DNA from: Lama glama
Lineage: Eukaryota
Length of the DNA: 64,000 nt
NCBI GenBank assembly: GCA_028534125.1
Contig: CM052832.1
Coordinates: 21,144,001-21,208,000 of the forward strand
Reading direction: 5' to 3'
The notes below the pieces were generated by a model, which was given only the letters and a program-made list of their open reading frames with translations, did no database searches and was not told where the DNA came from. Positions 52,401 to 64,000 of the stretch are shown piece by piece (position 1 is the first letter of the stretch; every line of letters begins with the position of its first letter). The translations under genes and the position numbers were made by a program.

Positions 52401-54491
52401 CCCCTCCCTCTCCCCGCATCTCCCGCCCGGCTCGGGAACCTCCGAGGCGAGCCGGGGCTGCTCAGTCCCCAGCTCATCGCAACTCTGCCCCGACCCTCTC
52501 CTCCCACTACCTTGCTCGAAACTTTTCCCGGGAGATGTCTATCCTGGTCTCCTCCACACCCGCCACTCTTTTACTGCCGCCCCCCTTCCCGACGCAAGTG
52601 GGGCGAGAGGGGGCGGAATCTCCAAAATCATTGTTTCCGGGAGATGCACCTCTTTGTTTGCACTTTCCGTGCCAATCAATGTGAGCAATCCACTTTGGCA
52701 TCGAGTTTCTGTCAGTTCCTCACCCCAAGAGACAAAATGCGAAGGGTAAGGGGTCAACCCCAGAAGATAAAGGCGCTTACACAATCAGAGGTGGGGCGCA
52801 CACTAGGCTCTGCATCCTGGTTTCTCCGCTTGGCTCACCCCTTCCAACCAAAACACCAAAACAACTCAAAGGGCCTTCAAGAAGTGTTAGAAAACTCTCC
52901 CCTCTCCCGGCCACCCCCACCCCCCACCCATTCTGTCCCTTGGGAGCGCCCTGTAATCTGCAAGACAAAGCCCAGCTCAGGGTCCCACCAGGATCTCCAC
53001 CCTTCGGGGCTACCTGTTGCTGCAGGCGCTGCGCAATTCGGTCCAGGGGCTCCAAGGGCGGATTCCCACCTCTAGCATCGCGCCCACCTCTCAGACCCCA
53101 AACTTCCCCTAACCTCAAACCGCGATGGCAAGGAGGCTTCTGGGTGACCGCGCTCCCTCTGACCCTGGAGTCAAGCACTCCCCACCCGTTCCCTTCCCTA
53201 CACCACTGCCTTGTCCTCGCTCCCAAGATCTGATTCGGGGACCCAGACCGCCTCCCCATCCTCTACCCCCTGGCGAGGCAGAGCATCCTGCCTTTCGGTC
53301 TCCTCCCCCACTGCCTTGCCCCGGGCAAAATTGGTGTCTTGGACCAGGAACCGCTCCGGACCCTCCCCCAGGTCCGTTCCCGACGTCCTCAACTGGGAAC
53401 CCCCAATCTCATCTCGCCCATCCCTAGACCCTCATCCTAACTGCGGATCACAGCAGTGGCTCTCTGAGTGACTCAGAGCAGCGCTAATTTTCCATCTAGG
53501 TTTCACTAGAATTGAAGAGGAGGAAAGCCGAGAGGTGGGGGAAATGGGAGAGAATGCGGACCCGCAATGGGAAGCAGTTTCTAGGGCAAAGGAAAAAAAC
53601 CCAAACATTCCAAAGGAAACGTCCACCCTCCAGGAGGTATCCGGCCCATTGCGCACCTTTACCTCCACCCTTTCTCCTTCCCCTTCCCAGACTTGGGATT
53701 TGGGTGTTGGTGAAGTTTGGGGGTAAAGGGATGAGGCAAAAGGAGACTTGGGAACTTGGGAACAGTGTCGGGGCTGGGTTAGGGGTGGGAGATGCCTAAG
53801 GGAGGAGGCGGGGAAAGGAGCGAAGAGCCCCTGCTGAGTCCGGAATGTCGCGGCTGGCGGTCCCTGTACTCGCCCGGCGACTCCTCGCCAGCTCTCTCCC
53901 CCGGAGCAGAACAAAGACGCCGCGAGGAGCGCTTCTGTCCTCGCCTCCCAGCGCCCGCACCCCGCCCTCTGCTTCGCCTGCACGAGCCCACGCCGCTCTC
54001 GGAAACTTTGCAACCAACTTCCCTCAGAGTTACCGCGCGCGGCGCAGGGAACAGAAGAAGCAACGGAGGCAATCTTTATCTCGGGGCCAGAGATGCCGGA
54101 CGAGAAGCACCACTCCATGCGCCGCGGGTCCCAGCCCGCGCGCAGGGCGACCCACGGTGCAAGGGCGAGAGTAGCCCACGCCCGGCTCTCTTAAGAGAAG
54201 GAAAGGCGTTTCTTTAACAGTTTGGATGTGTGCACTGCTGGGTAGTGGAGTGGGGTCGAGGGAAGAGGTGGCAAAGAGAAGCGGGAAAAGGGCAGGCGGA
54301 GGGCGGCTGCCCCGGCTGCCGCGTGAGGCGCGGGCCAGGGCGCGGGAGCGAGCGCGAGTGTGCGCCGCGCCCGTCGGGCCGGGTTCCTGCGCGCCCCGTC
54401 CCGCCCTCCGAGTTCAGCGAGCAGCCGCGACGCCGCAGAGTCAGGACCGCGGGCCCGCCCGCCCGGCCTCCTGGCGCCTCGGCCCGCTCAC

Positions 54492-54600
54492 CTGGCCCAT
54501 CACCGACACCTGCGCCGCCTCTTTCCGGAGCCTCGGGTCTCTCGGGCGGCTACTCGCCTACTGGAAGCTCGGAAGCCTCGTCTTAGGTTAGGGATCCTGA
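54492..54600 (-). ncRNA. Alternative first exon 1a (5' boundary approximate)
   Basis: Minus-strand donor CCAG|GTGAGC at 54492/54491, at the distal edge of the CpG island. Confidence 0.6.
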
Positions 54601-56409
54601 ACGCACCACAGCCAACCACAAAGAGAAAACAGCCCCCACCCACTCCAGTCTGGCACATTTTCTTCTTTGTTTAATTATGATGACTTCCAGAATTCTCCTT
54701 TTAGGAGAAGTCTACTCTCCCCGCTGACAAACCCTTACTTTCCGCTGTCCTCAGGGATCTGCTTGGAAAATAATGAAAAGTCAGGACTTCGAGAGAGTTC
54801 TATTCTGCTGTCTCGCGGAAATACTCGAGTTATGGAATAAATGAACAGAGACTTGCTAACTTCTACACAATACCCGATACTCCACTTACTGTTATCGTGG
54901 CCTGATTGAATCTATTCAAATATTACCAAACCTTTTGAAAATACCTTCTGCTTGCTCCCCTCTTTTCTCAAGGAATGAGGAGGGCGGCCAAGTGCCAGGG
55001 GAACAGTCAGTGTGGCTTCAGGAAGGCCTTCTCCCTGCTGTATGAAACACTGTATGTTTGAGGTCTCTCCCTTTCCCAACCTGATTGGGAACAAGTGGTT
55101 TCCTTCCCAGAATCTTGATCCTTGGTTAGTCAGAACTCTCCCGGCGTCTCCCCTCCTGGGTTGCTCGGTGTATGACCTACACACTGTTACTGTTTAAAAG
55201 GATCCCATCTTTTCTCAGATGCCACCATATTATTACTTTTTAAAAATTAATTAATATCCAGGCTCAAAGATGAGCAAATGGGCTTAGAAACCGAAATTTC
55301 CACTCTGTACTGGTAATATGGGAGTCCCACTTAGGGCTCCACCCCTCTCATTGCAACTCGCAGCCTAACAGCAGCTTACAGCAAGTCTCTCTCCTCTTTG
55401 CCTCTCCGCTCAAGGGCTTCCTTGAACAGAAGAAGACCCCACTTTGCCAGAGCAGGGATGCCAGCCAGAAGTGCCAGGCAGATAATGCCCCTCAGAGCAG
55501 CCTTCCAGCAATCAAGGATGAAGGTCAGTTTAAAATTACCCCAGCTTCCCACCTGGAGGTAGGACTCTATGTACTAAGTTGAATTCTACAGTCTCCCACT
55601 GTCCCCAACTTTGAGCCTCAGTTTCCCCCAGCAGTAATGTTGGCTGCCATCCTTACCTGTCTCCCTCTACTTCTAGTGCTTTCTGCCATTGTATCGCAAA
55701 CAGAGCACAGTACTTGCCCTCAAATCTCAGGGTCAGCTTCTGGGGGAACTCAACCTAAGATACCTCTCAGATATATGTGCTTTTAAAGGGAGGAATCCAT
55801 TCTATTCAGAGAACGAAGCTACAAAATCAGATTTTCTCTGGAAAATAGGTTATTTCAGCCATGAAAAGTGTTTAAGATATCTAGTTTATTTTCTAGGTAA
55901 TAGTTTAAAATTAGATATATTACTGAATAAAGTTTAGAAGTAGCGATACATAAAATCGTATCTCATGTGTGAAATTTATGTACATAGAGTCATAAAGAAG
56001 TTACTTAAGTCTAATGCCAACAGACAGCAATACAACAGGAAATTCTATTAGAATCTCCTTTTTTTAAAAAAAAATGATGTAAAAGTAACAGAGGGCTTTG
56101 ACTGGGCCAGGGGTGAGAGTGAAAGAGGCTAATGAACACATTCCCTACTGTGTCTCAGTGTCATATTCCCCATGACAGATCCGACAGTGTTCTTCAGCAA
56201 ACTTCTCTCAGCATAAATTGGCCAACTCTTGCAACAGTTTTTATGAAATTATATATCATATTTTATCCCCCTCTTAACCATCATTATGAATAAGTCCTCA
56301 AGTAGCCACATAATTATAAGCCTCAGTGCCATCCCTAGCTCCTAGAACTTTCTTTCTTGGGTTGCTTTCACTGCTGATTTTTTTTTTTCATTTCATCTTG
56401 TGATTGTCC

Positions 56410-56770
56410 TCAGTGCTATTCACCAAGTTTTTGTTGTTCCCCTGCTAGGCACATCCTGGGAATGCAATTCCCCACTCCCCTTGAATCAGATGTGGCCATG
56501 TGATTTGTTCTGGCCAATGAAATGTGAGCAGAAATAATATGTGTCTTTTCCTGGTGGAAGCTTTAAGAGCCAGTGCATGATTTCATGTGCCCGCCTTTCC
56601 ATCTGCTACAGTGCTGGGTAAGGGGGCTGAGTGAGCCTGGGCACCAGAGTAAGCCCCCCAGCCAACCTCAGTGGTCATTTTGTGTTAGCAAAAAAATAAC
56701 ACTTTCTGGTCATAAGCCGCTGAGATTTTTGGGTCGTGTGTAATCACAGCATAACCTGGCTGACTCTTAT
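56410..56770 (+). mobile_element. MaLR LTR (MLT1J-like)
   Basis: tgtggccatgtgatttgttctggccaatgaaatgtgagcagaa...taagccgctgagattttgg...cacagcataacct. Confidence 0.8.
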
Positions 56771-57319
56771 TTGTTCAGATACTCTCAGTCATTTATCTTT
56801 GCAAAGTTATTCTTTTGGTTTCCTTATGGGTTTAGATCTTGGAAAGTTTATATAGTAGCTCCCATGAACTTCCCATAATATTTTCCAGCTGGACTTCGAG
56901 TTTAATGGTACTGTGCTGGGTAAATTGTTTTCTTTATGAAAGATTAGTTTATCTTCTTGTTAAAAAAAAAAAAAAGCCCACCAACAAATTACTGAGAAGA
57001 GGGTAGAACTTTGTGGAGTTACATATGTTTTTTTGCATCTGCTCCCAGAAAAAGTTAGCTCTCCCCAGTCTCTGACATTGGCTTACCAACTTTCAGAACT
57101 TCTTTAACCAACGCTGTAATAAGCACAATGAGTCTTTATCATACTACATTTTCAACTAAATTTCTTTGGACAAGTCACTTTGTTAAGAATAATGAACAGC
57201 CATCTTTTCCCTTTCCCAGAAGATACCTGGAAAATTGAAGTGCCATTTTACTTCTAAGCCCCAAGGATTGTTGGTTTTGTACTCGCTGTTGCTACTGTTA
57301 TTGTTTCTAGTTATTTCCA

Positions 57320-57870
57320 TTTCCTAAGGTAAAATCCCAAGCTCCCTAGCTTCCAATATAAGGTCCTCCACATAAAGCCTCTCCACCCTCTCAATCGGTA
57401 TTTCCTATCAATGACTCACACCTCACGCCCTGGTAACACTAAGTTGCTGGTAGCAATGCCATCTCAGCCTTACATGCTTTTACTCATGCTGTTCTCACTA
57501 AAAACATTTTCCCCATCTTTTTCCTGTTTCTTTCCTTACTCACCTTTCAGATCCTTCTGCACCATCGTCTCCTGTAGGACGTCCTTCCAGAACCCCCAAG
57601 GGGACTGCGCTCCTTCTTCGTTAATCCCATTGAGTATCTCTGTCCTTTCAGGAGGGAGCAGAATTTTTCATTAAGAAAGTGAGCTTTAGAATCATCAGCT
57701 TGGTGTGTATCACCTGGCTTTGCCGCTCACCAGCTGTGTGACTGTGAGCAAGTCATTCACCTTTTGACCTCGGCGACCACATGTAAAATAACATAACACT
57801 CCCTGCTTCATGAGATTGCACAGACAAAATTTCATCACAAATGTAAAGTGCTAAGCATATAAACCTGACA
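57320..57870 (+). mobile_element. L2 fragment followed by MIR (~57680-57870)
   Basis: L2-like aaaatcccaagctccctagc...; MIR cagctgtgtgactgtgagcaagtcattcacc. Confidence 0.55.
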
Positions 57871-58819
57871 GCAATAAAAAGAGCTGTCATTTATTGGGTG
57901 TTTATTATCACTAGTAGATGTAAATAAAGTTAAAGTAGTACAAGAGCAGATGGTAAATTTCATTTTGATTCTCAGCTTTTCTTCTCAGATAGAAAGGTCT
58001 GGAATTTCAGTAAATTCTCTTCCTTAAGGATGATGGACACTGAAAACAAAAGCTACCCAAACTCACAAGAGACAGTTGTGCTACAGGAGTTATACCGGAA
58101 ACTAGATTTCCCACTCAATAGTGCTTCAGTCTTTACATCAATATATCTAGGCCAGCGTAGCCCACTGGAAGTTTCAGAAAGAGCAAGGAGTCTAACGTAT
58201 TGTCCGTGTATTTGGCTAAAGAGTATTGCATCCGCACTACAGTGGAGTTTGGGAAACTCTTTCTGCTCTATGTACTGTATGTGACTGAATACTCTTATGG
58301 TGATTCTCTATTTTCCCAATAAGAAGATTGTTTTAAAAGTTTCTTGGCCAATTTGAATACACACACTTTTAGATCATATATCTGCCTATTTAATATGGTT
58401 CTATTTTTTAGTCACATTAATAAATTTAGAAATAACAATTCAGAAGCATTTCTCTTTTTTTGCCACTCACAGTTCATGAAACAATTTTATTTTCTCTTCT
58501 CACATATCTTTGTCATCCCCCTAGCCACTATGATTAATTTATCTCCTCTTATCAGAACTCGCTATCTTTATTTCTATTCAAATTGTTGAAAACACAGCTC
58601 TTCTCGGACTGATAATGATACAGAAATTGGAAATTTTACCCCAACCCACAAAGAGTCAATCATAAACGTTAAAAAAAGATTCCTCTTTCCTATTGATGTA
58701 TAGTTTGTGCTAGCCATAACACTCGCCTTATCTTTAGAAGATTTGTTTTACAAAGATGGCAAAACTTGGTGAGATATGTGAGATCATATCCCTAGGAACA
58801 AATTTTTAAAAACAAATAA

Positions 58820-59340
58820 GTCTTAAAGGCTGTGGAAATGTTCCAGATTAAAGGAAACTAAAGAGCATGATAGTTAAAAATAATACCTGACTCCTGACTG
58901 TATCTTGTATTAGAGGGGAAAATATGCTATAAATTGTATTATTAGGTACACTGACAAAGCTTGAATATAGATGGTAGATTAAGTGAAAAATATTGTATCA
59001 ATATAAATTTATGAAGTTAATAATTGTACTGTAAATAGGTAAGAGAATATGCCTACTCTTGGGAAAAGCACTGACTATTTAGGGGGAAAGAGCCACAATG
59101 TATGTAACTTACTTGCAAATGGTTCAGAAAAAATTGTATGTGTATGTATATATATGTACACAGATATATATAGAAAGCAAGCAAAAGAGAGGAAACTAAT
59201 GATAAAAAGCAAGTGGAGTAAAATATTAATAGCAGGGGAATCTGGGTAAAGGTATTCTTTATACTGTTTTTATTTTTGCAATTTTCTGTAAATTCCAAAT
59301 GATTTCCAAATAAAATTTTTGTAAAAGAATAAATAAATAA
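58820..59340 (+). mobile_element. L1MC-like 3'UTR
   Basis: gttccagattaaaggaaactaaagag...tgcaaatggttcagaaaaa...ttttgcaattttctgtaa...tttccaaataaaa. Confidence 0.8.
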
Positions 59341-61439
59341 ATACGTCTTGATAAAATTTTTTCGCCTCCTATATTTCAAATTTGTTAGAGGACCTCCATA
59401 AGCATTCGAAACCAGCTTGAGCCCCAAAGGTTGAAGGCAATGTGGCATCACCAAGTATAATGTGTTTGAAATAAAATAGTTGAGAAATTGACAGAGTATA
59501 TCATAAGGACTTTTGTGTAAGGCCGACTCCTCTTCTGAAGGATAATTTGGGGACTACGTCTTCCCTTACGTTTGGAAACGTACTGGTACAAATCTGTCTT
59601 GTCACACATTCCACAAGCAGCGTTCTTCCACTTTAGTGCAGGACAGAGCCTAACAAACTCCACTCTCCATCTGTCCAACACAATCCATCAGCGTCTGCTT
59701 GCATTTCATAAAGCATTACGACTCTGTAGTTTCTGTCTTCCCATCTGAACCACAGATCATTTCCATGTCATTATTCTAGAAGATTCTAAAACAGCATGGC
59801 ATCTTTAAAAAACAGATTTAAACATTTCCCTCTGTTGAGGTTTCTTTCTTTCTCTCTCCAGCAACTTTGCACATTCTGCTGTTGCTCACCCAGTTCCTAA
59901 CATCTAACCATCCCTGCATTTGTGCTGTAATAACGTCTGTCCCCCAATGGAATCGTTTCCATCCAGTACAGAGCTTTCTCTGAAACCTTCTTCATGGATT
60001 AGATAGATGGGTGTCATCTTTGTTAGGAAAATGTACATCACAACTTCTGATTACAACTCATGTTGCGGGATGATTACTCACGCTGTCTAAAGCAGTCCTT
60101 CAGGGTAAAGTAACTACGCAACCGTAATATCTTTAACCTCAGGGGGAAAAAACCTGATGCTTTTCCATGTGAAAAGGCATAATTTGGGGTTTTAATTCCT
60201 GATTCTCTGTTTCATGACATTTACCCCTTATATCCAACTTAGAGAAAAATCTTTGACCAAAGCCCGTACAATGTAATGGAAATGGTCTTACCTGTTTTCT
60301 TCCAATTTTTGCAACATTTTGTGCTCCCGAATTCATGTAACTTTGCTCTTGCTTTGTATTTCCTGTGGAAATACTTATTTGAGATGATAACAGCCTTAAA
60401 CAAGAAGAGAACTGATGAATATTTTGTTTTGTGTAAAAGGTATTATTAAACTTTCTCCTCTAGGCTGAAAAAAAACCTGTCAAGGTCATCCTAGTCATAG
60501 AAGTTTCTCAGAAAGACACTTTTTATTATAGCTTTGACTTACTCAGTCCAGGAAGCCTATCACTAATAGATACAATTAAAAACACAAGGCATAAACAAGG
60601 TAGTTTTTCCCCCAAACACCTGCCTTCTCTCCCTTGCTTTCTACTTGATTGCCCTGTGTATCAATAGTAACACTGATTATGCTTTCTCGACCATGATTTG
60701 GAACAGACCATCTTTTAACTTTGCAGGGGTCAGCACCTGCCATAGAATAGCAGGCTTTATGCATTCAGTTTAGATATTCCTTTGCCATTTCAGTTTATCT
60801 TAGTTCATAAGAGATTTCCTTCAGTTGGGTAGTATTTTCTTCTCTCATTATTTACTTAGTTTGCTTTCTATTTGCTGGCAAGTCTAGCCCTCATAACAAG
60901 GCCTAGAGACAGATCCCTTGATCCAGAGCACAGTCAGGAGCTCAGATAACAGGCCTCCCATCCTACAAGAGGAACCACTTGGTCCCCATAACAGCTGGGA
61001 TACTGTTGGCCTAGTAATTGGCTGCCAGTGGCCTCCGCAGAACAGACCCTCATCTTTAAGGAACTGTGCTAGAGCCATCATCCTATTTAAACGAGGGCAA
61101 AGAGGCGACCATTTGTCTTCTCCTTGGAGAGCCAGCGATTTCTCCCTGTAATAAATGACTTCATTCTGCAGTTGGAGTTACAGAGGTTAAATTTGCAGCT
61201 AAGTGCAATCCTTTACTCGTTACAGCACCTTCCAGAGAATTCTCTCCTTTATTAGCAAAAATATCACTTGGAGTCAGCATAAAGGTGTGGATGTGCTCAT
61301 AGAAAATTACTAAGAATAAAGGTGAGAGTCTGATGCCAAAAAAATAAATAAATAAATGATTACACCAAAAGTATTTCCATGTTCTTTCCCCTAAATTTAA
61401 AATAAAGTAATAAGATGTTTAACAAGGGATTTTGGTGTC

Positions 61440-61747
61440 TCCATGCCCAGTTTCTTCCCAAGAATTAATCCTTGGCCTTTCCTTTTTATATTCCACCTGC
61501 CTACCCATGCTGTCCCTATCCACTGTGGCTTTGAGTGTTCACAACCCTCATCCCTGTACCTCCAGCCTAGATTGTTCTTCCTTGACCCTCTAAATCCAAC
61601 TGCTCACTGGAGGTTTTCACCCACAAGTCCCACAAATCCCTCACATTTAACATAACTCAAGCTAAATAATTTTACCAGTTTTTCTCAAAATCACAAACCC
61701 TCCCCCACAAACCTTCCTCTTATTAGCAGTACTACCATCTAACCAAT
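61440..61747 (+). mobile_element. L2 fragment, interrupted by MLT2 and resuming ~62253-62410
   Basis: tccctgtacctccagcctagattg...tccaactgctcactgg. Confidence 0.5.
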
Positions 61748-62252
61748 TGTGATGCTTAATTTTGTGTCCACTTGACTTGGCCAAAGGTTGCCCAGAAAGC
61801 TAGTACACCATGTCTGGGTGTGTCTATCGGCGTGTTTCTGCAAGAGATTGGCATTTGAATGGATAGATTGTGTGAAGAAGATCACCCTCACCAATGTGAG
61901 CAGGTGTCAGCTAATCCACTGAGGGCCTGAGTAGGGCAGAAAAGCACAGGAAGGGCAAATTTGCTCACTGCCAAGCTGGGCCGTCCATCTCTCCTGCTCT
62001 CAGACATCGGCGCTTCTTAGAACTTGGATTTGGACTGGACTACAGAGCTGGCTTTCTTGGTTCTCTAGCTTGTAGTCAGCAGATTGTGGAACTTCTCAGC
62101 TGACTCACGTGTTTATAGAGGCCAGTAAGTCCCATATATATATCAAGGTTCTCCAGAGAAGCAGAACCAGTAGGATCAACAGGATATCTACATAGTCTAT
62201 TGGTGCATATACTCTACTGATTCTGTTTCTCTGGAGAACCCTGACGTGTACA
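61748..62252 (+). mobile_element. ERVL solo LTR (MLT2B-like)
   Basis: tgtgatgcttaattttgtgtccacttgact...gagattggcatttgaat...ttctgtttctctggagaaccctgac...aca. Confidence 0.88.
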
Positions 62253-62412
62253 CTGGTAAAAAGGCCTCTCTCCATACCTAAATGCCTAAACACTTGAAGA
62301 GAACAGTCTCTTATTTTCTTGTCATCTCCAATGTCCTTCTCTTCCTGTCCTATGGTTACTACTCAGTTCAGGCCCTCAACATCTTTTAACTGAAAAACTG
62401 TAAGAGTCTCGG

Positions 62413-62456
62413 TCATGGACTGAATGTTTGTGTCTCCCCCAAACTCCTGTGTTGAA
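62413..62456 (+). mobile_element. 5' stub of an MLT1A0-like LTR
   Basis: atggactgaatgtttgtgtctcccccaaactcctgtgttgaa, matching the starts of the copies at 38252 and 44685. Confidence 0.6.
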
Positions 62457-64000
62457 GAATTGGAAGAGTGACAGAAAAGATGGGTAAGATATCAAGACAG
62501 TATTTCCCCTCCTATTACTTCAAAAGTAGGTGACCTTATTTTGTCCCTGTTGACTTTGATCTTGCTAGAATTATCTCATCACTCCAATCTGACAAGATTT
62601 TGTTTTGGCAGTTAGATCTAATATGATGGATACACCCATCACAAATCCTGCACCTTCAGCTAAGTCATTGACTTCATAAAGGGATTAATATGTCCTGGGG
62701 AGAGCCCTGAGAAAGGGCATTCAAATTTCCCTCTACTTTGATATCAATTCATTATCTTAATTACTTTCACATTTCACCTGCTTACTTATTCACCTAATTC
62801 AACTGCCATCCAATCCCTGATAACCTTTTTCTCTAAACCATATCTGCCTAAGCATAAAGTTGGTCACAAGAACGTCCCGTCCATTATGTTGTGCTTTTAA
62901 GGTTATTGTTCCTTCTCCCACCTCCTCCCTTACTGTTTATGATATACACCGGAATTTAGTCTGCATACCCTTAGGATTTGCTAAAGTTTACTATGAATAT
63001 TTTAAGCATTTTAGATATACTTTGAAATTGCATTTGAGCTCAAACTGTCTGATATTTCCAAGATTTTTACTACATGTGAAGTTGAGACTTTCAGAACACT
63101 GATTCTTAGTGACCTCGTGTAGAATGTGCCTTGGCGATAATGCCATTGGCCTCAACTGAAGGATATTGAAGACCCAGAGACATTTTTGTGTCTTTTGGAG
63201 CAATGTTGCTAAAGACACTTTCACTGTATCATTCCATGTTCTCTTTATGTGAATCATCTACAGGAGGAATGTTTGATAGGTTTTAGGTTCAGAAAAAGTG
63301 TTTCATTTATAGTTTGGCTTTAATCTTATGGATAAATCTTACAATTAGGCAGTTTCCCTCTTCGCTCTGTTCTTTAGAAATGTGAAGCCCACGATGCCTC
63401 TCCTGTCTAGCACCTACTCAGGACAAGAAGGTAAGTGTGTTTGTAAGTGAAATCTTATCCTTTGATTTATTCGTTTTTCTACCCTTACTTTCCATCCCCC
63501 CAAAAAATTATTTCAAAAATTCAGGTTTATATTTTGCATTTATGTAAAATGTAGCTCATGAATCAGGGCACAAACAATTTTCTGTCTCTTTTTACAAAGG
63601 TGGGAATTAAATGCCCTGATAAGCTGTTAAGTTTAAGAAAAGCTTTAAGACTGATTAATCCAATGAGACTTAGCTTTTTGGACTATCTTTTTGCATTTGC
63701 TAGCTAGCTATCTATGATGACAAGTATGGTCTGGTTTAACATTCTTTTGAGCCAACATTTGTAATAAATTCTTTCCATATCCAGGGTCTGACTATAAAAT
63801 GTCAAAACACTTGGATAGAAAGTAAAAACTTCCATAATCTTGGTGTTGGTCCTAGTGATTATCACTGAAAGCAAACATTAAGGTGATTAGTGGCTCTTCT
63901 CACTCTTCACAAAGAAGTTGTAGTGTCAGTCCTGTAAAACAAAAATCCAACTGTCTTCTAGCGAAAGGATGATAACTCAGTGCCCAGGAGACACAAGTTC

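Larger units (their letters stand above)
3430..54600 (-). ncRNA. LINC01140: Spliced minus-strand transcription unit, probable lncRNA (putative LINC01140 orthologue); 3' extent uncertain
   Basis: CpG-island first exons with canonical donors, a canonical 252-bp internal exon, and no long spliced ORF. Identity rests on recalled similarity of exon 1b/2 to human LINC01140 (QHLGSIM, CSYWIF, FLMMPSLYGL-like translations); not database-verified. Confidence 0.55.
51150..54600. promoter_or_regulatory. CpG island promoter (densest at ~52170-52620 and ~53820-54580)
   Basis: High GC and CpG density against CpG-depleted flanks; GC boxes (e.g. GGGGCGGA near 51283 and 52610); contains the first-exon donors. 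Confidence 0.9.

Noticed and set aside
53263..53276. Second CTCF-like motif (TCGCCAGGGGGTAG, minus)
   Set aside because: Two mismatches including a core position, in GC-rich context where such matches are common
52143..54674. Many long overlapping ORFs (up to 278 aa)
   Set aside because: Pro/Arg/Gly-rich on both strands, as expected from stop-codon scarcity in a CpG island; no recognisable domain
55652..55662. Minus-strand donor CAG|GTAAGG
   Set aside because: Inside MIR-like sequence with no convincing paired acceptor

Overview
Mammalian genomic DNA, most likely camelid (tRNA-Ala-derived vic-1-type SINEs and young L1 3' ends), with one 500-N assembly gap. I find no credible protein-coding gene: the ORF track is explained by CpG-island ORFs, L1/L2/MLT remnants and random ORFs. 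The main unit is a minus-strand spliced, probably non-coding transcript starting in a CpG island (~51.2-54.6 kb). It has two alternative first exons (donors at 54492 and 52130) and a well-defined 252-bp second exon (50230-50481). Weaker downstream exon candidates lie at 33945-34006, 13590-13839 and ~3430-4320. From memory (not verified here), exon 1b plus exon 2 match human LINC01140/LOC339524, between HS2ST1 and LMO4. The rest is repeat-rich intronic/intergenic DNA (L1, L2, MIR, MLT1/MLT2 LTRs, Tigger2a, MER33, MER81, Charlie4z-like). Most interesting observations: a broken exon-2 reading frame that leaves short ORFs, two strong orphan micro-exons upstream of the promoter (one per strand), an L1 with a twin-priming 5' inversion, a possible L1 3' transduction, a CpG-gain patch inside an ancient L1, and a CTCF-like site. 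I cannot support a wholly new multi-gene system from this sequence.
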